Source: Eledone cirrhosa (lineage: Eukaryota). Taken from it: 64,000 nt of DNA. The stretch spans positions 332,630,001 to 332,694,000 of the forward strand of contig OZ024743.1 of NCBI GenBank assembly GCA_964016885.1. The letters are read 5' to 3'. Below the pieces are notes generated by a model. That model saw only the letters and a list, made by a program, of their open reading frames with translations. It ran no database searches and was not told the origin of the DNA. The position numbers were made by a program, and so were the translations under genes. Of this stretch, positions 1-12,640 are shown one piece after another; position 1 is the first letter of the stretch; each line of letters begins with the position of its first letter.

Positions 1-1
1 T

Positions 2-400
2 ATCTGTACGGAACCCGAAAACTCGTTCCGTAATCGTTGGGTCGAATGTGGAACCTGTCACATCTCTGTCTGCCTTCAATGCGCCACAGGCTTCCGGAAG
101 ATCCCAGGCCAAAACAAGAAACATCATATTGCTACGATGGATAGACTCTGGGAGATGGTCCAGCTAACAAACTCGTCCTTTCAGTGCCTGGACTGTATGC
201 CTGCTTCTCCCATTGCTGCGGAACAACAACAACAAAAACCGAAGATCGTGTCTTCTACCATTGTTCCCGAACAACAACAAAAACCGAGGATCGTGTCTTC
301 CTCTACCATTGTTCCTGAACAACAGCAAAAACCAACGACCGTAGCTTCTGCTACTACCCCCGTTGAAGAACCACAACCATCTCCAAACTGCTCACTTTGA
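2..400 (+). pseudogene. CR1-like LINE ORF1 fragment with PHD-like Cys finger (open at window start)
   Basis: Frame 2 reads ICTEPENSFRNRWVECGTCHISVCLQCATG...FQCLDC, then three IVPEQQQKP(R/K)IVSS-type repeats. It lies directly upstream of a CR1-like ORF2. Confidence 0.6.
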
Positions 401-404
401 CTGA

Positions 405-2478
405 AATAAAGCAGACTGGAACTGTTACTGCACCGAGTTGCAACGGCCAAACTGGCTTGAGTTCTACGACTCTGGAGATGTCAACACTGTACTCCAGAAC
501 ATCCTGAGCTCAATATGGACAGCATGTGCAGCATCGGTGCCACGTAAGCGGAAAAAACATCCCAAAAGCGCAATTTGGGAGACTGCAGCAGTCCGTCTTG
601 CCAGAAAAGAACGGCGCAATGCTGAACATGAGTACAAACTTCACAAATCAGACATTAATAGGGAGAGGCGAAATAGATCGTCCAACCACCTCAAATGGGT
701 GACAAAAAAGGCAGTGCTTCAATTTAAGCAGCGCATAGCAACCAGCCCTGACAGTAAGGTGTTCTGGAAGTATGTTCACTCCAAGCAAAGGCCTCACTCT
801 CCAGTTGGTCCTCTTCGCAATCCCCACACAAGCCAGGTTACTGACGACCCCAAGGAATGCGCAGAGCTCATTGCTGAATGCTATGCAGGCATTTTCACTA
901 TTGAAGACCAGAGTGTACCATCTCCACCACCTATGACACCGGACTCTATTACAACCATGGAATTTACACCTGCAATGCTGCGACGTCACCTTAAAAATAA
1001 ACGCAACCATGCCTCTCCTGGTCTTGATGGTGTTACGTACACTGCTTCTTAAACGTGGTGGGTACTTCCTTCTGCACCAGTTATCACGCTTCTTCCAATT
1101 CTGTCTGAACAACAGTGCTACTCCAGAACAGTGGAAAACTGCCAGTGTCATTCCTCTGTTCAAAAAGGGTGACCGCACATCACCTGTGAACTATCGTCCA
1201 GTCAGTCTTACTAGTTGCATCGCCAAACTGATGGAATCCTGTGTCAGAGAAACACTTTGGAACTTCTGGGGCTCTCACAGTCTTATCCGGCCCTCGCAAT
1301 TTGGATTTATCCCCAACTCCAGCTGCTGTGATCAACTTATAGAGTTTCTTGAGGACATCACCCGGATCACTGATGGCGGCTCATGGGTGGATGTTGTTTA
1401 CCTTGACTTTGCGAAAGCCTTCAATTCTGTGCCACACAAAAGGCTTATGGCAAAACTCTCTGCAATGGGTGTGAAGGAAGATCTTTTTAACTGGTTGAAG
1501 TCCTTCATTCTCAGTCGAAGAGAGGTAGTCACGGTTCTGGGACAGCATTCCTCACCATATGAGATGTCATCTGGTGTACCACAGGGATCTGTTCTTGGCC
1601 CCCTTTTGTTTGTGGCATATATTAATGACATAGATGCCAACTTAAAGAATGCCACAGTACTAAAGTACGCAGACGACATCAAGCTGTACCTTGAGATAAA
1701 AAGGACAGATCCTGAATACTATAGATCTTGCTTGCAGTCTGACCTGGACACAATGCAACAATGGATCTCAGACTGGCAACTCAAGCTAGCTGTGGACAAG
1801 TGCACCACCATGCATTTTGGGAGTAAAAACCCAACGTCCACATACTCCCTCCACAGCACTAATATCAAGAAGTCTTCTTGTGAAGGTGACCTGGGCATTA
1901 CGGTCAGCAGCGATTTGCGTTGGATGAGGCACGTCTCTAAAATTGTCAAGAGGGCCGAGAGTGTCTTAGCATCACTCAGCAAGACCTTTGTCAGCCGCTC
2001 TCCAGATATCTATTTAAGGCTGTACATGGCTATGGTGTGACCACACTTAGAATTTGCATCACCGGTCTGGAACCCCTATCTTGCTCAGAACATTGACCGC
2101 CTGGAAATTGTTCAGAGACGTGCAACCAAGCAAATACCCTCCATCAGGCATCTACCATACTCTGAGCGCCTTGCTTCCCTGGGCATGGATACATTGAAGC
2201 TCCGACGCCTGGCAACTGACTTGGTAAACACCCACAAAATTGTTAACCATGTTGCCAACAACAACCCTGAGTACCTTTTTGATTTCCATGTGTCTAACAC
2301 ACGTGGACATGCCCACAAAGTAAGAAAACAACACAGTTCCCATGACTTTCGGAAACATTTTTTCACGCTCAGAGTTGCTGAAGCATGGAACAAACTACCT
2401 GCATCAGTTGTTAGCTGTCGAGACACTGCATCCTTTAAGGCCTCCATGCTTCCCGAGATCCGCCAACATTACAGCTAA
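405..2478 (+). pseudogene. CR1-clade LINE ORF2 reverse transcriptase, disrupted
   Basis: Motifs NYRPVSLTS, QFGF, YLDFAKAF, GVPQGSVLGPLLF, YADD and C-terminal TRGH...FFTLRVAEAWNKLP. Frameshift near 1040 and TGA stop at 2038-2040 (likely from CGA in VRPHLE). Confidence 0.92.
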
Positions 2479-2637
2479 CACATACACACATGTACTTCCC
2501 TGACATTTGTGTATTATTCTATGTACTATACATACACCTTTGACGAGTTGTAGTGCACCTGAGCACTTTACACAATAATTTCATTATTATTTTAAATGCT
2601 AAAAGGATAAAAAGTTTTGACAGAAAATTTAGGTATA

Positions 2638-2790
2638 TTAATAATAATGAAAATTATTGTGTACAATGCTTAGGTGCACTACAACTCATCAAAAGTGCAT
2701 GCATAACACATAGAATAATGTAGAAAAATCAGGAAAGTAAACATTGTATGAGCCATGATACACACACACACATATGTTCTAACTGGCCAC
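2638..2790 (-). mobile_element. CR1-like 3'UTR fragment, inverted
   Basis: ataataatgaaaattattgtgtacaatgcttaggtgcactacaactcatca is the reverse complement of the tail at 2541-2591. Confidence 0.8.
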
Positions 2791-3022
2791 AGAATGTGAG
2801 AACAAACTTTTCTAATATTTAATAAGTTTGGGATACCAATCGAAATGGGTAATATTTGGCCAAATTTAAATCCATTTACTGTAACAATTATAACAATATT
2901 CATTCTGTCAGATTAAAGAAAAACATGTTTAAATATACACCTGTACTTTTTACCTGTAAACTTTGGCTTGTATGGAATGTTTCCCCTTTTTTAACTATAT
3001 ATATATATATGTATGTGTGTGG

Positions 3023-3062
<40 letters not shown>

Positions 3063-3063
<1 letters not shown>

Positions 3064-3425
3064 ATCATCATCATCATAATCATCATCATCATCATCATCA
3101 CCATTTAACGTCCATTTATCCATGGTAGCATGGATTAGATGTGTTGTCCTGTTTGAGGCACGTTGGGTCAGGTGACCATGTCATGCTCATACAGAACTAT
3201 TTCTAGCTAGGTTTCTATGGGTGAATCCCTTTTCTAACGCCAACCACATTTACAGTGTGGGCTAGGTGCTTTTTGTTGTGACACCTACACAACCACTTTA
3301 CAGTGTGGGCTGGATGTTTTTTGTTGTGACACCTACACAACCACTTTAAATTGTGACTCCTAGACGACCACTTTACAGTGTGGGCTGGGTCCTTTGTGTC
3401 ATCACACCTACATGACCACTTTACA
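3063..3425 (-). mobile_element. RTE 3'UTR-only copy with (CAT)n tail and ~47-bp internal tandem repeats
   Basis: Reverse complement of the RTE 3' end (ttcctaacgccaaccacatttacagtgtg-like); abuts (TA)n. Confidence 0.75.
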
Positions 3426-3431
3426 TATATA

Positions 3432-3750
3432 TCATCATCATCATCATCATCATTTTACATCCATTGTTCCACTCTTACATGGGTTCAACAGGACCATCTC
3501 AATACAGCATTTCTCCACTTATTGAGTTCTTAAATCTCCGCCATGCGATTTAGCTATCTGAGATCAGCTCTCACCACTTACATCCAGGTTTTCCTCTACT
3601 GCAGAATCCTTTCACTAGAATTACTTGGAACTTCTTCACCCAGCGATCATCATCCACGTGTATCACTTGTTCATACCAACGCAATCTCTTCTCCTGCACA
3701 ATACTTCTGATTCCTCTTATATCCAGTTCCTCCCTTATTTTATCCATACA
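3432..3750 (-). mobile_element. Old RTE 3' fragment (different subfamily)
   Basis: Minus strand reads MDKIREELDIRGIRSIVQEKRLRWYEQVIHVDDDRWVKK; (CAT)n tail at 3432. Confidence 0.75.
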
Positions 3751-4147
3751 TACACCTCTCAAAGGTGATGACACAAGACCATGACCTCTGGTGTCACGCA
3801 GTAATACAGAAGACCTGACTTCCCACGGGAACAAGCCGAAGCTGAAGCATATAGACAATATACGCCCATCCCCTCCCACTGCAAAGTGGTCATGGAGGTG
3901 CCACGGCAAAAAAGCACCCAGCCCACACTGTAAAGTGGACGTGGAGGTGCCACAGCAAAAAAGCACCCAGCACTCACTGTAAATGAGGTTGGTGTTAGGA
4001 AGGGCATCCAGCTGTAGAAATCAAGCCAAAATCAGTTCCCGTAATAGCAAGACAAGGTCACCCGACCTGACATTGCCCACAACAGGACAACCCGTCTAAC
4101 CCATGCTAGCGTGGAAGAATGGACGTAAAATGGTGATGATGATGAGG
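3751..4147 (+). mobile_element. 5'-truncated RTE 3' end (subfamily of the intact element)
   Basis: Matches 26160-26540; ends in gatgatgatga. Confidence 0.85.
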
Positions 4148-4370
4148 ATATTTATATTTATATTAGGTATAAATCGAAAGTTGTAGCTGCCGTACAACAT
4201 GTACTATTTGATTTGTTTGAGGCAATCACAAAGCACTCAATGAAGTGAGAAGTCAATACATTATCATCCAGAGTAAACACAATTAAAAAGTGTGACACCA
4301 AGAAAAACGACTGGAGGCAGTGGCCATAGATATACCACAACAACGATAAATACAAATATATATATATATG

Positions 4371-4550
4371 TGAGTCCCTGGTTCAATCAGTGGTAATCAC
4401 AGTAAGTAAGGTACTCAATACATTAGTAGAGTGTAAACATCAAATTTAATATAGAAATGACTTCTATAGGACTAGAACTGTTTCCGTATGATTTCTTTTG
4501 AATGAAACAGTTCTTGTCCTGTAGAAGCCATTTCTATATTAAACTTGATA
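4371..4550. mobile_element. TA-flanked fold-back element, probable Penelope-like pLTR remnant
   Basis: 46-bp inverted arms at 4439-4484 and 4504-4549 containing GAAACAGTTCT(A/T)GTC, a hammerhead 3' half. Shares an actctact...gtattgagtacct motif with 15311-15338. Confidence 0.5.
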
Positions 4551-4719
4551 TATATATGTATATATAAAGTTATGTCTGTATAAATACAGAGTGAGTAATT
4601 GGGCCAGCACCAATGTCAATATAAATATAATATAATATGTAGACATGTAAATGTGCTAGAACATACAAATTTCCCTGTAAATTGAAATACTGCTTTAATA
4701 ATAAGCCTTCATCTCCACC

Positions 4720-4948
4720 TACACCGCCCTCACTTCAGCACCGCCCTCACTTCCCCATCACCCTCACTTCTGCACTGCCTTCACTTCTGCAACGCCTTCA
4801 CTTCTGCACCGGCCTCACTTCCACACCGCCCTCACTTCCCCATCACCCTCACATCCGCACCGCCCTCACTTCCCCATCACCCTCACTTCTGCACCGCCCT
4901 CACTTCCCCATCACCCTCACTTCCACACCACCCTCACTTCCGCACCTT
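4720..4948. repeat. C-rich minisatellite (ccgccctcacttc core, ~17-19 bp)
   Basis: About 12 degenerate tandem copies. Confidence 0.85.
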
Positions 4949-5086
4949 TAACTTGACTGATGAATTTCTCTTTGTTGATCAGACCACCATCATCAGACAC
5001 TGTATTGATGATTGCAGCTGTGACAGTGGTCCAGCATGCTTTCAAGTGTCTATTTTACCATAAGCACTTGATGTACTGGCAGAGTG

Positions 5087-5118
<32 letters not shown>

Positions 5119-5542
5119 AACATATATATATATATTCACAATAGGGGTGTACAGGACAAAGACAATGGAATAAGCAATGGAAAGACGGACAGTCCTATCT
5201 CCTCAGTCAACCTTAGGAAATCATTATGGTTTCAGTGCATTAAGGTTGATACCAGTGCACACTGGGACATGACAAAACATGCAGAGACAAGTTATGTCTT
5301 TAGACAAATTACACAAATATAGAAAGGAGAGAAATAGTAAAACAGAAGAGAATAATAAGAAATGTAGTCCAACATGCAAACAAAGAAGGACACTGAGGTA
5401 TAAAAGAGTTAAGAAGGGAAAATAGAGGAAAACAGGCTGGGCGGTGTGATATCTATTATATGATAGTTTCCAAAGAAAGTCCAACTGACTATATGTATAT
5501 GATGATGATGATGACGATATATATATATATATATATATATAT

Positions 5543-5768
5543 AACACAGTCCACGCTATAATGTGGTCGTGTAGGTAACACGGTAAAAAGTTCCCAGTTC
5601 CCCACTGTAAATGTGGTTGGTGTTAGGAAGGGCATCCAGCCGTAGAAAACCTGCCAGATAGTCCGATATGAGCGAGACACGGTCACCCGACCAACCTTGC
5701 CTCAAGTGGGACAACTCCCGTCTAACCCATGCTAGCGTGGAAGATGGACGTTAAACGATGATGATGAT
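5543..5768 (+). mobile_element. RTE 3'UTR-only copy
   Basis: Contains gttggtgttaggaagggcatccagc...cccatgctagcgtggaag...gatgatgat; flanked by (TA)n. Confidence 0.8.
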
Positions 5769-6180
5769 ATATAATAAATGTAATCTGAGTTTTTTTAATA
5801 TTAATAATAACATTCGATTCGTTTGCAATTATGCAAACAAGCCTCATTTTTAAAGCCATGTCAGGAACCCTTCATTCTTGCTCTTGTGTTGGCATGTAAA
5901 CAGAACTGCAGACACTAATGTTTCTGGGTATCACCCTTCATCAGTACAGCTCACTATTCACCTGCCAACTGTCAGAGCTAGTGAAAATATATGCTATTTT
6001 TTTTAAATATACAGTAACTGATCGCCTGATTTGCATATTAGCAGACTGGCCGATCAGTCAGATCTGCATATTAGCAGATCCACTGATCAGCCAGATTTGC
6101 ATATCAGAAGACTGGCCAGTCAGTTTCCTGTATACAAGCGATAAATGGCCGGCCTTGCCATATTTATATATATATATATA

Positions 6181-8862
6181 GCCTCATAGACAGGACAAGA
6201 CGTATTCGACAACAGAGGAGGACTATCCTTAGGAGAAAAATATGGAAGTTAAAGGACCCCACAGCCAGTAATAAATTTAAAAGCATATTACTTGATGCTT
6301 TTGACAGTAAGTAAGATCAATTAGAGTCGTACAATATAGAGGAACAGTGGGAATTCCTGAAAGCTAACCTGCTGAAGGCGACAGATGAAACATGTGGCTG
6401 GAGCAGACCTATAGGCAGGAGGAGAGTAACATGGTGGTGGAACAGTAAGGTGGAGGAGTCGATCAAGGCCAAAAAGCAGGCTTAGAAAGTATGGCGGGAT
6501 AGGGGAAGTAGAGAAGACTATCAAGTGGCCAGGAGGGAAGCTAGGAGACAAGTGTACTTCGCAAGAAGGGAAGCAGAGGAAAGAAAGTTCAAGCATGTTC
6601 TACAACGCGAGGACCAAAAACGTGAGGTGTTCAGGATTGCTAGACAATGTGTCAAGGAAAACAGTGATATTGTCAGAGAGAAGTGTGTCCATAATGATGA
6701 TGGTGTACTTGCTATCACTGACGCTGATAAGAAGGTAGCTTGGAAGTGTCACTACAAAAGGCTACTAAATGAGGAGAATAAATGGGAGAAAGACAGCCTC
6801 CCCCACATCGATCCAATAGAGGGACCAGCAGTGCAAGTTGAAGGTAGTATAATAAGTAAGGCAATCAAAGATATGAATACGGGCAAGGCGGCTGGGCCTT
6901 CGGAAATAGTTGCTGAAATGCTGAAAGCATCTGGAACGGTGGGACACACTATGGTCACCCAGATAGTAAACCAAGTTATACAAAGGACTGGCGTAGCAGC
7001 ATCATCATTAACTGCTACAAGGGTAAAGGAGACGCCCTAGATAGGGGAAACTATAGAGGCATTAAATTAACTGACCAGGTCATGAAGATCACAGAAAAAG
7101 TAATAGCGCAACTAATCAGAGAGTGAATTGATCTAGATGAAATGCAGTTCGGGTTTGTGTCAGGTAAAAGTACCACAGACGCTCTTTTCATTGTACGACA
7201 ACTACAGGAGAAGTACCTAGCTAAAAGTAAACCCCTCTACTTAGCTTTTGTAGACCTAGAGAAAGCCTTTGACAGAGTCCCCCGCTCCATTATCTAGTGG
7301 GCTCTTAGAAAACTAGGTGTAGATAAATGGCTTGTCAGAGCTATACAAACCATGTATAAAGAAACAGTCAGCAAGGTTAGAATTAACAACGAATATAGTG
7401 AAGAGTTTAGCGTAAAAGTTGGTGTTCATCAGGGCTCCGTCCTTAGCCCCCTCCTATTTATTATCGCCCTCCAAGCTATAACGGAGGAGTTCAAGACCGG
7501 CTGCCCATGGGAACTTCTATACGCAGATGATCTAACGCTCATAGCCGAATCAATCGCTGAACTAGAGAAGAAATTCCAAACATGGAAGCATGGCCTAGAC
7601 TCAAAAGGCCTTAAAGTTAACTTGTCTAAGACTAAAGTCCTAATATCTAGGAAGGAGAATAGGGCACTGGTCCCCTCTGGGAAATGGCCATGCTCAGTGT
7701 GTAGGAAAGGAGTAGGTAGAAACTCCATTTTATGTCCCAAATGCAAAGTATGGGTACATAAAAGATGTAGTGGGATCACAGGTAAACTATCTAAGAATAT
7801 AGATTTTATATGTGGCCGGTGCTCTAGTGCAATAAGTAGCAGCAAGTACCCATACTAACTCATTCCATTGCACAGATGGTTCTATAGAAATAGTGGACAC
7901 CTTCCATTACCTGGGTGACAAAATCAGCAGTGGTGGAGGGTGCTCCGAAAGTACTGTAGCTAGAGTCCGAACAGGATGGAAAAAGTTCAGAGACCTTATA
8001 CCACTATTGGCCACTAAAGGTTTCTCTCTAAAAATAAAAGGCAGGCTGTATGATGCCTGTATTCGAACAGTGATGTTACATGGCAGTGAGACATGGGCCT
8101 TCTGTGCAGAGGATCTACGCAGACTGGAGAGGAACGAAGCTTGCATGCTCCGTTGGATGTGTAATAGTAATATACGCGAACGGCAAAGCATAAATGAACT
8201 AAGTGAGAAATTAGGAATAAGAGGGATCAGATGCTGTTTACTCGAAAGAAGACTACGTTGGTATGGTCACGTGATGCTCATGAAAGATGACAGCTGTATA
8301 AAAAAGTGCAGGGCGATCAAAATAAACGGTAGCTATGGAGTAGGCAGACCCAGAAAAACCTGGGACGACTTGATAAAATCTGACCTCACACACTTACACC
8401 TCTCCAAAACAATGTCACTGGACCGAGATCTTTGGCGCTACGTATTAATACAGAAGACCCGCCTTGCCTAAGTACAAAGCTAAACCTACAGTCAGTAGGC
8501 ACCTCTTAACCAAAATACACCCCCGTCCCACTAACCCTACCCCCACCGCCCTCTACACCACCTCTTTTGATGTAAAGCTATGTTGGTACCACAACATCCA
8601 GTCCTAAATAACTGAGGTCGTGTAGGTGTCACAACAAAAAAACACACAGTCCACGCTGTAATGTGGCCGTGTAGGTAACACGGTAAAAACCTCCCAGTCC
8701 ACACTGTAAACGTGGTTGGTGTTAGGAAGGGCATCCAGCCATAGAAAACCCGCCAGACAGTCCTGAGCAAGACAACCAATCTTGCCTCAAGTGGTACAAT
8801 TCCTGTCCAGACTCATGCTAGCGTGGAAAATGGACATTAAACGATGATGATGATGATGCTGA

Positions 8863-8864
<2 letters not shown>
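6181..8864 (+). mobile_element. 5'-truncated RTE LINE (subfamily B), RT pseudogene
   Basis: ORF pieces 6525-7040, 7352-7858 and 7893-8471 contain GVHQGSVLSPLLF, YADD and a PHD finger. Stops and a frameshifting deletion near 6980. (GAT)n tail; (TA)n on both sides. Confidence 0.95.
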
Positions 8865-8947
<83 letters not shown>

Positions 8948-9092
8948 TATTGAAAGACCATGCTGAGGGAGGCAATGCATCTTTAAGGGAAAGAAGAATC
9001 AATGGTGCGAGGATAACATACTCAACAGTGAGTCATCAGCCATCATATGTATATGTGTGTGTGTGTGTGTGTGTGTGCGTGTGTGTGTGTGC

Positions 9093-9375
9093 ATAGGTGT
9101 CACAACACAAAGTATCCAGTCCACACTGTTAAGTGGTTGTGTAGGTGTCATGACAAAAAGTCCCCTGTCCACACTGTAAATGTGGTTGGCATTAGGAAGG
9201 GGATCCATAGAAACCAAGCCAGAAACAGTTCTGTATGAGCAAGACAAGGTCACCTGACCCAACCTGCTTCAAATAGGACAACCTGTATAACCCATGCTAG
9301 TGTGGAAAATAGATGTTAAATGTTGATGATGATGATGATGATTATGATGATGATGATAATGATGATAATGATGAT
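9093..9375 (+). mobile_element. RTE 3'UTR-only copy
   Basis: Same 3'UTR motifs with a long (GAT)n tail. Confidence 0.75.
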
Positions 9376-9859
9376 CTACAGAGATAGTTAAACAATTATA
9401 TGTTGAAATAAGCACTCTGCTCATTTGCACTTGTTTTCTTTTTTCTGTTTTGCTCTTCTGTTGCTTCTTTTTGTTAGTTTTGCTTTGTGTTTTGTTTTGT
9501 TTTGTTTTGTTTGTTTTTTGTTTAATTTTTTCTGTTTTTGTGGTATATATTATATATTTCAAATGGTTTAGTTTGTCAGAAAAGAGCGATAATAGAAACA
9601 CTTGCTGCCAGTTAACAAGAATACAATGCAAAGGTCAATGGTAGGAATTAGGTCACGGATTAGGTCAATTTTGTGTTAGCCCAATGTTGTGCTTCTATGG
9701 CATATTTGGGTTGTAACTCTTAACAATTGTCTCCCACAGGAAATAATTGTAGGGTGAAGGTATTATAGCGATATGTGATTTACTGTCAACTCCCTCCTAG
9801 TTGCATACAGCCATTCTGGTTTGAATAGTAAGCACTCCTATATGTACACACATTCATGC

Positions 9860-10018
9860 ATATATACATACATACATACATACATACATACATACATACA
9901 GACAGGCAGACAGACAGACAGGCAGGGAGGCAGGCAGGGAGGCAGGCAGGCAGACATACTGAGAGACAAGCAGACATACGTACATACATACATACATACA
10001 TACATACATACATACATG
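9860..10018. repeat. Compound (TACA)n/(CAGA)n/(CAGG)n microsatellite
   Basis: Direct inspection. Confidence 0.9.
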
Positions 10019-10365
10019 GTGGCTGCCAACTCGTTTTCGAGTACGGCCACTACTTTATATCCATATAGGAGAACCCCTACCGATGCGCTGAACGAGTGAC
10101 TTTTTAGTCCAGCCAGCGACTTGAAAACTCTGGTACAAACACTATACCTGTGACAATTATTGACACATAGTGCTGGGCCCATGGTACCATGTGACGACAA
10201 GTGCAGAGAGATCTCCAGATATAAAGCAATGCCTGTGCCATGAAGCTTTTATAGTGAGCAAAGGCACTGCACAAAGCCAGTCCCACTCTCTTAACCAAGA
10301 TGATATTTACCAAAAAGAAGAACAAGTCAACATCATTGGATACCATCAGGGTTGCAGGTGTTATA
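10018..10365 (-). mobile_element. Degenerate LINE C-terminal fragment (RTE/BovB-type CCHH-like end)
   Basis: Minus strand reads ...CTRVFKSLAGLKSH, resembling the C-terminal CxxC-R-x-F-x-S-xx-GL-x-SH motif of RTE/BovB ORFs. Confidence 0.4.
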
Positions 10366-10712
10366 TCAGAGTTTTCCTTCTCCTAGAATTCTGCCATACA
10401 TACAGACAGACAGACATAATGATGATAATACATATGTCTGTATCATCATCATCATCACCATTTAACATCCATAGTGTAGAAAAATGGACATTAAACAGTG
10501 ATGATGATGGTGATACATATATATATATAGACATATAGACATACATACAGACATACATACAGACATACATATGGAGCGCACTTAGGAAAACAAAATTAAA
10601 AACAAATGAGGAGGAATATGTTGAGATAAATGGCACTAAGGAATACTGGTAGAACCTGAAAATAAAATCTGCCATCAAATTAAAGCTCAATCGGCGTGAT
10701 GTTGTTGTTTGG

Positions 10713-11014
10713 GAATACAGAAGACCTGATTTCCCACAGGTACAAACCGAAGCTGAAGCATATAGACAATATGCCCCCACGCCCTTCCCACTTTACAGTG
10801 GTCATATAGGTGTCATGGCAAAAAGAACCCTGTACTCACTGTAAATGAGGTTGGTGTTAGGAAGGGCATCCTACTGTAGAAACTGAGTCAAAATCAGTTC
10901 TGTATGAGCAAGACATGGTCACCTGACCTGGCATTGCCCACAACAGAACAACCCATCTAACCCATGCTAGCGTGGAGACATCGATGTAAAATGGTGAAGA
11001 TGATGATGATGATG
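10713..11014 (+). mobile_element. 5'-truncated RTE 3' end
   Basis: Matches 26212-26540; (GAT)n tail. Confidence 0.8.
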
Positions 11015-11015
11015 A

Positions 11016-11400
11016 CCACACATTGAAAACGTGTTCTGTTGTAGAGATCAGCTGCCCACTTAATGTCAACATTGTAAGAAAAATACAGGAGAAGGAGGAC
11101 ATCTACAGACCATTGATGAGGAGTTTGCAGATCCAAGATATACCTTCAGCTTCATACCCATCATTATTGGAGCTACAGGTTATATACCAACCCGCTTGGA
11201 CCAAAGTATGACTGAACTTGGATTTGTGGACAAAGAGCGCAGCTCCCTAATTCATAGACTACAAATGGCGGCGATAGCTGGCACCTTCAAAATTTGCAAA
11301 ACATTCTTGCGATTCAAGGATGACAATTTCTTTTCTTTTACAACCTTGCCACCAGGAAGGTGGCCGGTCAAAAATGTACTCGAAATTAAGAGAAAGAGAA
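11016..11400 (+). mobile_element. R4/Dong-like (restriction-like endonuclease) non-LTR element, 3' fragment
   Basis: KTCSVVEISCPLNVNIVRKIQEKEDIYRPL, frameshift, then FIPIIIGATGYIP...LQMAAIAGTFKICKTFL: the typical RLE C-terminus. Confidence 0.75.
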
Positions 11401-11929
11401 ACATACATAGATATAGACATGCATACATACAGAGAGACAAACAAATATTTCCAATTCATGCAAACATGGAAAAGCAACTGTAATATCATCATCATCAATT
11501 AATGTCTATTTATAATTAATGTCCTTTTAGCAAGGACTGGATAGGTCTTCACAAACATATGCAGTATTAAAGCAGGACAACTAACCACCCAAACAGGCTG
11601 GGGGTCTGCATCTTGCTTACATACGGTCTAAATGCATTTTATCTACAGAGTGCATTTTTTGTGGCACCAGCACAAGAGAGGTTGTCATGTCTTTGACAGA
11701 ACTGATGGGTCCTCCTAACCCTTTATTTGGCAAGCTTTCTACAGCTGGATGTCCTTCCTATCACCAACTACTTCATAGTGTGCACTGGGTGCATTTATCT
11801 TGTAGATCACCAACACTAGGGAGCTTAAATATCCTTGATACAACTGAAGGGTCCTCCTAACCCTTTGCTTGGTACTATGATATGACTCCGCTAGTCATTG
11901 GGTATGACATCCTGAACTACTTAATTAAC

Positions 11930-12640
11930 TAGGCATCAGGCTAGCTTATAACCAATCATACTAGATGCTTTTAGCATCTCTGCAACTATACTAAATGCTC
12001 CAGCTGCCTTCCATATTTTTATGTCTTTAATTATTTATCTATCACACTGCTGTCAACCCTTATAGCTTGTCCCTCAGTTGTGTTTACATGGGGTAAGCCC
12101 TCACTGCCCCACTTGTACTCTTCATTCATCAACCTCTTATAGTAAGTCTTCCATGCCTCCTTCTTTTCAGCATCAAATAGGGAAAGTGCTCCACTGTCAT
12201 TTTGGACACACTTTCCCCTAACCACATCATAATTTTCTCTTGTACACTGTCTCATAATTCAGAACATTTTCCACTTGTGAGCTTCTCAATGCAGAACATG
12301 AGCAAATATCTTCTTTTCTGTCTCACCCCTTGCTAGATATACATGGTGCGTGGCCTCTCTTCAAGCTATTGGTATTTCTCCCTGCTTCTCCCTTTCTTTA
12401 AGTCTCTCCAAACTTGTCTTTTGATATTTTAACAGCTCTATCTACCTTATTCCACCACCATGTCACCTTCCATCTTGCTGAGACCATGCTCCAGCCACAA
12501 ATCTGATTTGTGACTTCCAGCAGGTTTTCACAGAAATTTACAGTTTTTCTTTGTTATATGTCTCTATCTCCTCTTCCTTACTGTCATAGGCGTCAAGTAG
12601 GATTTCTCTGAATTTGTTACTTGTAGATGGTTCTTTCAAT
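11930..12640 (-). mobile_element. Old RTE fragment (EN-RT linker)
   Basis: Peptides KLKEPSTSNKFREILLDAYDSKEEEI and RQCTRENYDVVRGKCVQNDSG...KKEAWKTYYKRLMNEE; many stops. Confidence 0.85.

Larger units (their letters stand above)
1..2592 (+). mobile_element. CR1-like LINE copy, internally deleted, with (ATT)n tail
   Basis: ORF1 fragment, RT and 3'UTR ending cacaataatttcattattatt. The same 3' end recurs at 2640 (minus) and 28103 (plus). Confidence 0.88.

Noticed and set aside
4950-5000. CTGATGA hammerhead candidate
   Set aside because: No GAAA or stem III partner. The same applies to the hits at ~13077, ~29328 and ~54697.
5190-5265. Minus-strand GAAA/CTGAGGA hammerhead candidate
   Set aside because: The order and stems cannot form a three-way junction.
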